Below, piece after piece: positions 49,401-61,051 of a DNA stretch of 64,000 nt. This DNA is from Mobula hypostoma. Its lineage: Eukaryota. Location: assembly GCF_963921235.1 (NCBI RefSeq), contig NC_086102.1, forward strand, positions 37,262,001 to 37,326,000, written 5' to 3'. The position numbers were made by a program, and so were the translations under genes. Within the stretch, counting starts at the first letter, position 1. Each line of letters opens with the position of its first letter. The notes below the pieces were generated by a model. That model was not told the DNA's origin. It did not search any database and saw nothing but the letters and a program-made list of their open reading frames with translations.

Positions 49401-52400
49401 GAACATCCTGATGTAATAACCAGTCACAAATGACAATGTTGCTTACAATGCATGAGCGTCAACAAAATAGCTTTGTTTTACACCTACCTTACACTCTCAC
49501 AATTCTGTCTTAATTCTATGATTATTGTCAATGTCCCCCACCCAGTCAATCCCAAATGATTGGCGATCCAGCAACCCCTCCCAACCAAACAAGGTCACTC
49601 TGTGAACTGATTACCAGGGATATTGGCCATATTTTTTAAGCATGAGATTTCAATTGTATATTTTTTGTGAGTAATAATTAATCTCACTGTTTTCTTTTAG
49701 ACGCCACACACCTCACAGCTATCGTTTCCAAGGGTGTGGTGTTGCCATGCAGGTTTCGGCCAGCACCATTGCAGGAAATAGTGCTGCACTGGATGTACAT
49801 AAAGGAGCCAAAACCAACTGTGGTTCATAGCTTTTATCGAGGCAACGATCAGTTCAGTAGCCAAGTTGATCACTACCGTGGAAGAACAAAGCTGTTTAAC
49901 AGTGAGATATCAGAAGGAAATGCATCTCTTCTTCTTACAAAAATTAAAGTGGATGACGAAGGAGTCTATCAGTGTTACGTCAGTACACCCAAGGGAAAGA
50001 AGGAAGAGAATATCGTCTTACAAGTGGCTGGTCAGAAATCTGTTATATTCCATTGTTAATTTGCTTCATAAATTGTGATTTTGAGTCAAATAGAATGAGA
50101 AGGAATCTAATCATAAGTACTCACCAAAATGTGAAAAAAATCTACAATACAAGAGTGAGGAGGAATTTCTTTATCTAGAGGGTGGTCAGTCTGTGGAGTT
50201 CATTGTCACTGATGACTGTGGAGGCCAAGTTTTCGGCTGCAATTAAAGCATGCACTTTGGTAGAAGAAATAAAAGGAGAGACTATTCTAAATGGAGAGAA
50301 AATTCAGAAATCTGAGGACTCAGGTTAATTCGTAAGTTGTGTCTGTGGTGAGGAAGGTAAATGTGATGTTAGCATTCATTTCAAGAAGACTAAAATATAA
50401 AAAGGATGTAATGTTGAGGCTTTATAAGGTACTGGCGAGTCTTCACTTAGAGTATTGTGAGCAGCTTTGGACTCCATATTTAGGAAATTATGTGCTGAAA
50501 CTGGAGAGGGTTCAAAATAGGCTCATGAAAATGATTCCAGGATTGAATGGCTTGTCATATGAAGAGTGTTTGATGGCTCTGGTTCTGTATTCACTAAATC
50601 TCAGAAGAATGAGGAGTGACCTAATTGAATGTTGAAAAGCCTTATTAGTGCAGACCTGGAGAGGATTGTTCCTATGGTGGGAGAGTCTAGGACCAAAGGG
50701 CACACCCTCAGAATAGAGGGGTGTCCTTTTAGAGTGGAGGTGAGGAAGCACCTTTTTAGCCAGAGAGTGGTGAATCTGGGGAATTTGTTGCCACAGACGG
50801 CTGTGGAGGACAAGTTGTTATGTATATTTAAGGCAGAGGTAGATAGATTCTTAATTGGTCAGGACATGAAGGGATATGGGAGAAGGCAGGAGACATGGGC
50901 TGAGAGGAAAAATGGATCAACCAAGATGAAATGGTGGGGCAGACTCAATGGACCAAATGGCCGAATTCTGCTCCTATATCTTATAGACTTATTATGGTCT
51001 TATGGTTGATAGGTTCCTAATTAGTCAGGACATCAAATGTTATGGGGAGGAGACAAGAGAATGGGGATGAGAGGGACAATAAATGAGACATGAAATACAT
51101 GATATTGGAACCCAGAAATCCAGTCAGCTCCATTTAATTAGCTCATGGTAGATCTATTGCTGAAATTCCCTCAGGTGTCTTCAGCTGAACTATTATGTCT
51201 GATGCTCTCGATGTGGCCTCCTCTACTTTGGTGAGACTCGTCAAGCATCTCTACTCCATCTGCGAAAAATGGAGCTTCCTAGTGGCCAAATATCTTAATT
51301 CTGATTCTCATTTCCGTTCATGGCTTCTTCTGTCAAGATGAATATTGATTTCTCCCTACGGTATTTTTTCTTCCCTCCCCCGTCTTCTTCTGTTCCCCAC
51401 TCTGCCCTTTAACCTCTTCTCAACTGCCTATCAGTTCTATCTGAGTTCCCTCCTCCTCCCCTTTCTCCTGTGGTCCACTCTCCTCTCCTTTCAGGTTACC
51501 TCTTCTCCATCCCTTCACCTTTCCCAACCACCTGGCTTCACCTATCACTTTCCAGCTATCCTCCTTCCCCACCCCTCTCCTTTTTATTCAGACATCTTCC
51601 CCCTTCCTTTTCAATCCTGAAGAAGGGTCTCGGCCCGAAACGTCGACTATTTATTCATTTCCATAGATGCTGCCTGGCTGCTGAATTCCTCCAGCATTTT
51701 GTGTGTGTTGCTTTGGATTTCCAGCATCTGCAAATTTTTTATTGTTTGAAGATGTAAGAGGAGATGTTCTTCCTCAAGTTGAAGGTGGGTTTTGTTGCTA
51801 CAAACAGAAAGATCAGAACTAGAGTGGGATGGAGAATTAAAGTAACAGATAACAGGGAGCTCAGGGATGTCCAGTGGACTGAACGTAGGTGCTGCACCAA
51901 GTGATGACCCAAACTCCATTTTGGCTTCTCCAAAGGGGAGGAAGCCATATTGTGAACACCTAATACAGTACACCAGATTTCTGCAAGTGCTATTTGACCT
52001 GGAATTGATTTTCAAGCAATATTGCTTTTGATCATTAAACTCAAGATCACGTTTTGAAGAAAAAAAATTACACATATATCAACGTGTCATTAATGTTGGT
52101 TTGAATGCTGTGACCACATTCCCATGACAATCATAAACCTATACATTTTTACAAAATGGTACAGTACTTCCCAAAACTTTCCAGAAAGTAAAAAAATAGC
52201 CAAAGGTGACCTAAATAATGTACATAAAATAATTCTGTGAATTCATAGATAAGATTACATCAACAGGAAGTTAATTACTATTCCTTATGCTTAGAGCATA
52301 GCAAGTTAACCTTTTAATGAACGATTTTACAGAAAGTGTTTCATTTTCCATTTTAGCTTTCTTCTTTAAAGCACAGAACCAGTAAATATAAAATTAACAC

Positions 52401-55400
52401 ACAATAACATTTAAACATGCTTTGCAATTTGAAACCAGAACAGAACAAGAGTAAACAGGTGTAGGAGGTTGGTAGTCACCGAGATATGCTGGAGATATGC
52501 AAAAGAATTGTGCTGATTGGATATCACAGCACAGGCAGGGGAGTGTGGAAAATACCAGTGGGGTTTTCCATCCATTTTGCTGATTATGACAAAGAGAATC
52601 ATGGAGGAAATTCTCAGCAAGTGATGCTAAGAAGAGTTTTGAAGTTTCTCATGGATGCGGCAAAGTGGAGGGCTTTGAATCAGAGCAAAAAGGGGTGCAC
52701 CAAAGAGGGTGAATAGAAATAGATAGTAGAGAACAGACTAGATTACCTCGCTCAGGCCAGACTGCCGTCCATGCTCACTTCCATGTACAGTGGATTCCAG
52801 TTAATTAGGATACATGGGGACCAGTACAATTTGGCCCAATTAAACAGCTGCCCCAATTAGCTAGTTTCATGGAAATACAGTAGTTGAAAAGGTTTCAAAA
52901 AAAGACAGTCTACCATATAACTGCGTAACAAATTATGTATTTAAATAAAATACAGAATAAATTAGGACACTATCAATGCTACTACAGTACTATAAAAGCA
53001 CTCATACAAAGTGCTGGAGGAACACAGCAGGCCAAGCAGCATCTATGGAAAAGAGTAAACTGTCGACATTTCGGGCCGAGACCCTTCATCCAGACTGGAG
53101 AAAAGAAGGTGAAGAGTCAGAGTAAAATGGTAGGGGGAGGGGAGGGAGAAACACAAGGTAATAAGTGAAACTGGGAGGGAGGAGAGGGGTGAAGTAAAGA
53201 GTTGGGAAGTTGATTGGTGAAAGAGATACAGGGCTAGAGAAGGAGGAATCTGATAGGAAAGGACAGAAGGTCATGGAAGAAAGAAAAAGGGAGAGGAGTA
53301 CCAGAGGGAGGTGTTGGGCAGATAAGGAGATAAGGTGAGAGCGGGAAATGGGAATGGTGAATAGAGAAGTTGGGGGGGGGCATTACCAGAAGTTCAAGAA
53401 GTCGAGGTTCATGCCATCAGGTTGGATCAGCCTGTTGAAGTAGTGAAATTGTTTCATTTTCACTCCTGGCCGTTTCTGGCATCTCCAAATCTGGGCGCTT
53501 GAAACCCTAGTGAGCAAAACAGTTCCAAATTGTCTTAAACATGAGAAAGTCTGCAGATGCTGGAAATCCAAAGCAACACACACAAAAATGCTGGGGGAGC
53601 TCAGGAGGCCAGGCATCATCTGTGGAAATTAATAAACAGTCAATGTTTCGGGCTGAGACCCTTGTTCAAGACCGAAAATGAAGGGGGAAGACACAAAAAT
53701 AAAATGAGTTTGTCCTTGGCGCCTGTGTGATGTGCTTTCAGGTTTTTGCATCTCCTGCCTGGTGAGAAGAGAGAATATCTAGGGTAGTGGAGTTTTGGAT
53801 TAAACTGGTTGCCTTATTGAGGCAGAAAGTGTAGATAGCATCCATAGAGGGGAAGCTGGCTTCTGTGAGGAGCTGAGCTGTTTCCACAGCTCACTGCAGT
53901 GACTTGAGGAAGCAGAGAAGTTAGAGGGCTTTCTTTGCCATGGTGTCTGTGTGGTTGGACAATGAACAGCTATGGGTCAGCTCTTTTGATCTCAACACCA
54001 TCGATATAAACAGGAGAAATGTGCAACACCCCCTTCCTGAAATCAATTGTTTTGCTGTCATTGAGGGAAAGACTGTTGTCATGATACAATGCCACTAGGC
54101 TCTCTGCCTCCTTCTTGAACTCCAACTTATCATTCAATGAGATTCGGCCACTATGATGGTGTCGTTTGCAAACTTACAGATGGAACTGGAATGGAATCCA
54201 GCCATGTCATAAGTGTTTTATTACTCATTCATCCTATCTCAATCATTACAATTTATTTATATGTTCTCTGAGAGAATATTGGAATAGGAAACTTCCCAAC
54301 AACTTTGACAGATACATCGTTTTGAGTACAGTGGTTACTCACGGTTTCCCGCTCATGATGATCTCTCATAGTTACGCAGGAATTCTCCCTAAATCTCAAC
54401 ATCTACTCTGTCTCTCTTGCATAGAACTTGTCAACAAAAGCTCCACCTGCAATCATGTCTCAAAAATTCTTTTACTTAGTTATTATATGCCATCTTCTTT
54501 GTACATTGGCAACATTTAAAACAGCATTTACTCTCATCCTACCCATTTTCTTTACCTCATGTTTTGTATTTCAAAATCTCCTAATTTCTCCTCTCAACTC
54601 ATTTTTCTGTAGCCAATGCATACAATTGTGAAGAAAGTGAGTTATTGTGTAAGTTTGCATTTGTTCTGATCTTGAGAGATAAGGTAAAGGAGTTGAAAGC
54701 AAATTGGAAGCTTGTCCTGTATCTCTGCAGAATTTTCTTGTCTCCTGGATATTTAAAGGTGAATAGCATTTATTTTGTACTGCTAACTTGTCTAACGATT
54801 CAATGGGTTATTGTATCCTTCCAGGTGACATTAAGAATTGGCAATTTTATCCTCCAAATATGCTGGACAATGTGACCAACATTATCTGTGCTATAACTGG
54901 TGCTTATCCAAAGCCTTTACTTACATTTTCTGAGAATGGAACTGATCTAACGAATGATACAAGATTAAACACAACTGAAGAAATTGACGAAAAACGTCTT
55001 CACAACATTAAAAGCATTTTGAAGATTGATCATATGTCAAAAGCCACCTACAAGTGTAATATAACAAATGAAAGACTGCAGAAGTCTTTGACTGCATCCT
55101 GGAAAATGCAAGGTAACCATCAAATAATGAACTACTGGGACCTTACAAAATGTTTTTTGACTAGAATGTTAAACAGTTCTGGATCATGGTTAACTTAATT
55201 GGATATTAATTGATGGTTAAACAATTCTTGGAGTAACTGCAGTTTCTATAATTCAAACTTCTGGCGAGTGCCTCCAATTGGCAGAAAGACTTTGAGCTGT
55301 TAAGAGATGTGTCAGTCTCCACAAGATACATAGTCTTGATATGTTTGTAGCAACAGTAACTGCAAATTTGTTATGACCCATCCTGCACTGTAGAAAGACC

Positions 55401-58400
55401 ATAAGACAAAGGAGCAGAAGTCAGCCATTCGGCCCATCAAGTCTGCTCCGCCATTTTATCACAAGCTGATCCATTCTCCCATTTAGTCCCACTCCCCGGC
55501 CTTCTCACCATAACCTTTGATGCCCTGGCTACTCAGATACCTATCAATCTCTGCCTTAAATACACCCAATGACTTGGCCTCCACTGCTGCCCGTGGCAAC
55601 AAATTCCATAGATTCACCACCCTCTGACTAAAAAAATTTCTTCGCATTTCTGTTCTAAACGGGCACCCTTCAATCCTTAAGTCATGCCCTCTCGTACTAG
55701 ACTCCCCCATCATGGGAAACAACTTTGGCACATCCACTCTGTCCATGCCTTTCAACATTCGAAATGTTTCTATGAGGTCTCCACTCATTCTTCTAAACTC
55801 CAAGGAATACAGTCCAAGAGTGGACAAACGTTCCTCATATGTTAATCCTCTCATTCCTGGAATCATTCTAGTGAATCTTCTCTGTACCCTCTCCAATGTC
55901 AGCACATCCTTTCTTAAATAAGGAGACCAAAACTGCCCACAGTACTCCAAGTGAGGTCTCACCAGCGCCTTATAGAGCCTCAACATCACATCCCTGCTCC
56001 TATACTCTATTCCTCTAGAAATAAATGCCAACATTGTATTCACCTTCTTCACTACCGACTCAACCTGGAGGTTAACCTTAAGGGTATCCTGTATGAGGAC
56101 TCCCAAGTCCCGTTGCATCTCAGAACTTTGAATTTTTTCCCCATTTAAATAATAGTCTGCCCATTTATTTCTTCTGCCAAAGTGCATAACCATACACTTT
56201 CCAACATTGTATTTCATTTGCCACTTCTTTACCCATTCTTCCAATCTATCCAAGTCTCTTTGCAGACTCTCTGTTTCCTCAGCCCTACCAGCCCCTCCAG
56301 CTATGTTCGTATTATCAGCAAACTTAGCCACAAAGCCATCTATTCCATAATCCAAATCATTGGTGTACAATGGAAAAAGAAGCAGCCCCAACACGGACCC
56401 CTGTGGAACACCACTGGTAACCGGCAGCCAACCAGAATAGGATCCCTTTATTCCCACTCTCTGTTTCCTGCCAATCAGCCAACGCTCTATCCACGTATGT
56501 AATTTTCCCGTAATTCCATGGGCTCTTATCTTGTTAAGTAGCCTCATGTGTGGCACCTTGTCAAAGACCTTCTGAAAATCCAAATATACAACATCCACTG
56601 CATCTCCCTTGTCTAGCCTACTGGTAATTTCCTCAAAAAATTGTAATAGGTTTGTCAGGCAGGATTTTCCTTTAAGGAATCCATGCTGAGTTCTGCCTAT
56701 CTTGTCATATGCCTCCAGGTACTCTGTAACCTCATCCTTGACAATCGACTCCAACAACTTCCCAACCACCGATGTCAAGCTAACAGGTCTATAATTTCCT
56801 TCTTGCTTCCTTGCCCCCTTCTTAAATAGCGGAGTGACATTTGCAATCTTCCAGTCTTCCGGAACCATGCCAGAATCTATCAGCTTTTGAAAGATCATCG
56901 CTAATGCCTCCGCAATCTCCACAGCTACTTCCTTCAGAACATGAGGGTGCATTCCATCTGGTCCAGGAGATTTATCTACCTTTAGACTATTCAGCTTCCT
57001 GAGTACTTTCTCTGTCGTAATTGTGACTGCGCACACTTCTCTTGCCTGCCACCCTTGAGTGTCCGGTATACTGCTGATGTCTTCCTCAGTGAAGATTGAT
57101 GCAAAATACTCGTTCAGTTCATCTGCCATCTCCTCATCTCCCATTACAATTTCTCCAGCATCATTTTCTATCGGTCCTATATCTACTCTCACTTATCTTT
57201 TACTCTTTATATACTTGAAAAAGCTTTTAGTATCCTCTTTGATATTATTCACTAGCTTCCTTTCATAGTTAATCTTTTCCCTCTTAATGACCTTCTTAGT
57301 TTCCTTTTGTAAGTTTTTAAAAACTTCCCAATCCTCTGTCTTCCCACTAATTTTTGCTTCCTTGTATGCCCTTTCCTTTGCTTTAACTTTGGCTTTGACT
57401 TCTCTTCTCAACCACAGTTGCATCCTTTTTCCATTCGAAAATTTCTCCTTTTTTGGAATATACCTTTCTTGCACTTTCCTCATTTCTCGCATAAACTCCA
57501 GCCACTGCTGCTCTGCCATCTTTCCCGCCAGTGTCTCTTTCCAGTCAACTTTGGCCAGTTCCTCTCTCATGCCACTGTAATTTCCTTTACTCCACTGAAA
57601 TATCGACACATCAAATTTCAGCTTCTGTTTTTTCAAATTTCACAGTGAACTCAATCATGTTATGATCACTGCCTCCTAAGGGTTCCTTCACCTCAATCTC
57701 TCTAATCACCTCTGGTTCATTACACAATACCCAATCCAGTACAGCCGATCACCTAGTGGGCTCAACAACAAGCTGTTCTAAAAAGCCATCTCGCAGACAT
57801 TCTACAAATTCTCTCTCTTGAGATCCAGTGCCGACCTGATTTTCCCAATCCACTCGCATGTTAAAATCCCCCACGATTATCATAACACTGCCCTTCTGAC
57901 AAGCCTTTTCTATTTCCAGTTGTAATTTGTCCACATCCCTGCAGCTGTTTGGAGGTCTATAAATAACTGCCATCAGGGTCCTTTTACCCCTGCGATTTCT
58001 TAGCTCAACCCATAAAGATTCTGCACCTTCCGATCCTATATCACCTCCTTCTAATGATTTAATATCATTTCTTACCAATAAAGCCATGCCTCCCCCTCTG
58101 CCTACCTTCCTATCCTTCCGATACACCGTGTATCCTTGGACGTTCAGCTCCCAGAGACATGCATCCTTTAGCCAGGTCTCAGTGATGGCCACAGTATCAT
58201 ACCTGCCAATCTGTAGCTGTACGACAAGATCATCCACCTTATTCCTTATTCTGCGTGCACTTAAGTATAACACCTTAAGACCAGTATTTGGTACTTTTTG
58301 CTTTGATTTCACTGCAACTTTATTGCACTGCAACTCATCCCAATGGCTACAAATTTGCCCCATCACCTGCCTGTCTTTCCTGACATCTTTACTGCTCAGT

Positions 58401-60360
58401 ATCTTAGATTTATTTCTGTTTTCCCCTTCCTCCGCTCTGTCATTCTGGTCCCCATCCCCCTGCCAAATTAGTTTAAACCCTCCCTAACATCTCTATTAAA
58501 CTTTCCCGCCAGGATATTGGTCCCCTTCGGGTTCAGGAGTAACCTGTCCTTTTTGAACAGGTCTTACTTCCCCCAGAAGAGATCCCAATTATCCAAGAAT
58601 CTGAAACCCTGCCCCCTGCGCCAGTTTCTCAGCCACGCATTCATCTGCCTGATCCTACTATTCTTGCCCTCACTAGCACGTGGCACAGGTAGCAATCCCA
58701 AGATTACTACCCTGGAGGTCCTGCTTCTCAGCTTCCTTCCTAACTCCTGGAAATCTCTATTCAGGACCTCCTCCTTTGTCCTATCTATGTCCTACCAACA
58801 TGTACCAAGACAACTGGCTGCTCACCCTCCCCCTTCAGAATATTCAGGACCCGATCCGAGACATCCCGTACCCTGGCACCTGGGAGGCAACACACCATGC
58901 GGGTATCTCTGTCAGGCTCACAGAATCTCCTGTCCGTTCCCCTGACAATGGAATCCCCTACGTCTACCGCATTTCTCTTCTTCCTCCTTCTCTCCTGCAC
59001 AACAGCGCCAGGCTCAGTTCCAGAGACCCGGTCACTGTGGGCGTCCCCTGTCAGGTCATCCCCCTCAACAGCATCCAGAACAAGATATTTGTTGCTGAGG
59101 GGGACAGCTACAGGTGTGCTATCCACTATCTGGGCATTTCCCGGATGTAATAGAAAGTGATGTAATTGTAACTGATCTGCCAGGAAGTTGATATACTGAA
59201 GGCACTTGATATTGCTGGCTTTACCCTGTTTATCATGGTGATAATAATCTCTTGTTTTCAGTAATTGCAGCTATCTAGTCTGGTCAGTATTACCACATCA
59301 ACATTATTTCTGGAAAGTTCTCCAATCTAGTTGTAGAGAAAAATTATAGCCTTCCTTCGACTTATTTCCTGCAAACATGGTATCATTGTCATAGTGTGGA
59401 ATCTGTATGCACTGCAGTGTGCTAAGACATTCTGATGACTATCAATAGAATAAAGTACCTTTAGGACTGTAGTAACCTCTAAAGCTGATATTATTACATT
59501 TACCAACCCTTCTTGGATTCCAGACTCAGCACCAGAACAAATCAGTAAGAAGCCACACATATAAATGATGTTCATACTGAACGTAGACACAACAGACTGA
59601 AGGTATTGGAATCTAGAGCAACAAGCAAGATGTTGAAGGAACTAAGCAGATCGGAGAGCATCTGTGGAGGATAACGGACAGTTTCTGGTTGGGACTGTAC
59701 ATCTTGACCCAAAACATGTTTTGTTCAATTCCCTCCACAGATGCTCTCAGATCTACGGAATTCCTTCGGAGTCTTCCTGCCTTTCTTACTCATTGTAAAA
59801 CAGCATATTTAGTCAAAAATCATGCAAACAAATCATCTGTGTTATGCCAAATAGAGTATTGCCTCCTTGGGAATATAAACCATTTTCAGGCATTTCCGGT
59901 GTGCTTTTCACAAAATCATCTCTGCTGGACTGCTGGCACCCAATGCCCAATCTGGGATTTGTCTTCCAAAAACGTAAAAGTAAAGAAATCAACAGATGAA
60001 CGAAGCTCTGTGTTTTACACGACACCTGAACATTTCTGTTTTATTTTCTAGGCACATTGAAAGGAAATGAGACTCATACTGTGGCAATCACTTGCAACTA
60101 TTCCTCTATTAATGATCAAAATCTCACAATTGTGTGGAGATTTAGAAAATCGTCAGACTCTCCTCCAGTAGTAATCTGTCAATCAGTGCCTCAGTATGTC
60201 GATAAGTCAGATTGCGATAACAACCAATTAAAAATACGAACTAGCCATAATTCGTCATCACTTACACTACACCATGTGATGAAGGAAGCTGCAGGCGAAT
60301 ATACCTGTGAAGTTAAAACAGAAGATACGTTGAAAATATTCACCTATGTACTACAAATAG
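43348..60360 (+). CDS. HHLA2: Gene 2 (spliced, 3'-incomplete): B7-family HHLA2/B7-H7-like, leader-IgV-IgC-IgV; join(43348..43405,49701..50030,54825..55112,60052..60360); TM and tail lie beyond the window
   Basis: Four phase-1 exons form one open frame. V-C-V order is the HHLA2 architecture. Motifs VHSFYRGND, YRGRTKLF, GNASLLL, DEGVYQCYV and LQKSLTASWKM parallel recalled human HHLA2. Confidence 0.8.
44100..45020 (-). mobile_element. Degenerate Penelope-like fragment
   Basis: Same family as 6345-7135 (TGGCCACTGGGAGATCC, GACCTGGAAGGACTG). Confidence 0.75.
45025..45735 (-). mobile_element. CR1 3' and EN fragments
   Basis: YFNTRSSVGKAGKLRACINTW (ORF 45476..45814) and a CR1 3'UTR. Confidence 0.75.
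45865..46212 (-). mobile_element. RTE LINE 3' fragment nested in a Rex1 remnant (45745-46410)
   Basis: KRFKDVLKDNMKKCNIDINSCETNAKDRKLW (ORF 45981..46172); (GAT)n tail. Confidence 0.8.
46810..47370 (-). mobile_element. CR1 3' fragment
   Basis: CCATAAGAT tail; FFSQ.AVNLWYSLPW-type remnant. Confidence 0.85.
47572..47978. mobile_element. Palindromic element made of two inverted LTR-like arms (fold-back)
   Basis: Arms 47572-47747 and 47803-47978 are ~92% identical inverted repeats (14 mismatches in 176 nt by eye). TG...CA ends; flanked by ATCTC at 47567-47571 and 47979-47983. Confidence 0.85.
48362..48640 (+). mobile_element. Rex1-type 3' end with long (GACTAT)n tail
   Basis: Same 3' end as 16630-16860 (RSFLPVAIKLYNS). 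Confidence 0.8.
49701..50030 (+). CDS. HHLA2: Gene 2 IgV1 exon (B7-type V)
   Basis: Acceptor ttttcttttAG, donor G|GTCAGA. Translation VVLPCRF...LHW...VVHSFYRGNDQ...YRGRTKLFNSEISEGNASLLLTKIKVDDEGVYQCYVS. Confidence 0.95.
50100..51010 (+). mobile_element. CR1 3' fragments
   Basis: ORFs 50339..50635 and 50629..51009. Confidence 0.85.
51180..53700. mobile_element. Cluster of Penelope terminal fragments (51180-51750 +; 51750-52030 -; 52990-53420 -; 53535-53700 -) and a Tigger-like TIR end near 52786
   Basis: CTGAAGAAGGGTCTCGGCCCGAAACGTCGAC at 51617-51647; GIY-YIG remnant (ORF 51647..52075); TACAGTGGATTCCAGTTAATT. Confidence 0.75.
53720..54200 (-). mobile_element. Rex1-type remnant
   Basis: Minus-strand KFANDTIIVAES-like RT remnant. 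Confidence 0.6.
54825..55112 (+). CDS. HHLA2: Gene 2 IgC exon (B7-type C)
   Basis: Acceptor atccttccAG, donor G|GTAACC. Translation IICAITGAYPKPLLTF...TYKCNITNERLQKSLTASWKMQ. Confidence 0.9.
55398..59150 (-). mobile_element. Near full-length CR1: ORF1 esterase remnant (58785..59126), EN (57749..58366), tether and RT (55483..57192)
   Basis: GDSIVRG...CLPGARV..VHVG, LKVLYL..AITETWL and full RT motifs. In-frame stop at 57193-57195. Candidate TSD TAGAAAG at 55391-55397 and 59151-59157. Confidence 0.95.
60052..60360 (+). CDS. HHLA2: Gene 2 IgV2 exon
   Basis: Acceptor ttattttctAG, donor G|GTAAGC. Translation VAITCNY...LTIVWRF...SSLTLHHVMKEAAGEYTCEV. Confidence 0.9.
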
Positions 60361-61051
60361 GTAAGCTGCAAAAATCTGTGTGATCACTGAAATTTGATGG
60401 ATCATTGAAAACTTGGTTGAATCAAACTAACTCTATGTTATAATGAGATGCATAGGAAGGTAGAAATAGTTCCTTAGTAATTGTACTAAGTAGCTGGTAG
60501 TGGATTTTTGCCTGCTCTTCATCCTCCAGAATAGTTTCCATCTTTATTGAAAACAGTGAAACTGTTGATCAACTGGGGAACAGAACAGGCAGTTTGTGCT
60601 CACTCATGATCCAGCAAGGCTCAATCAAGTTTCCACCTTCCCTTGAAGGGGAAAAACAACTGCATTTTCCTTTTCATTCAATCCTACAAAACGTAGTGGA
60701 TTTGGCCCAGTACATCACTGGTAAAATTCTCCCCACCATTAACCACATCTACAAGAAACATTGCCATAGAAAAGCAGCACCCATCATCAAAGATCCTACC
60801 ATCCAGGCCATGCTCTTCTCCCTCTGTTGCCATCAGCTAGAAGGTACAGGTGCCTCAGGACTCCCACCACCAGCTTCAAGAACAGTTACTACCATTCAAC
60901 CATCAGGCTCTTGAACAAAAGGGGATAGCTGCACAGCTTTAAGGACTCTGTTGTATAGTTATTTCATCCTCGTTATATATTGCTATTTATTTATATCTGT
61001 ATTTGCACAGTTTGTTTACAGTTTACAGTTCATGATGTTCACTTTATAGTT

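Noticed and set aside
11421-60360. One giant gene joining all Ig exons
   Set aside because: Gene 1 has its own TM exon and stop codon, and gene 2 has its own leader exon.
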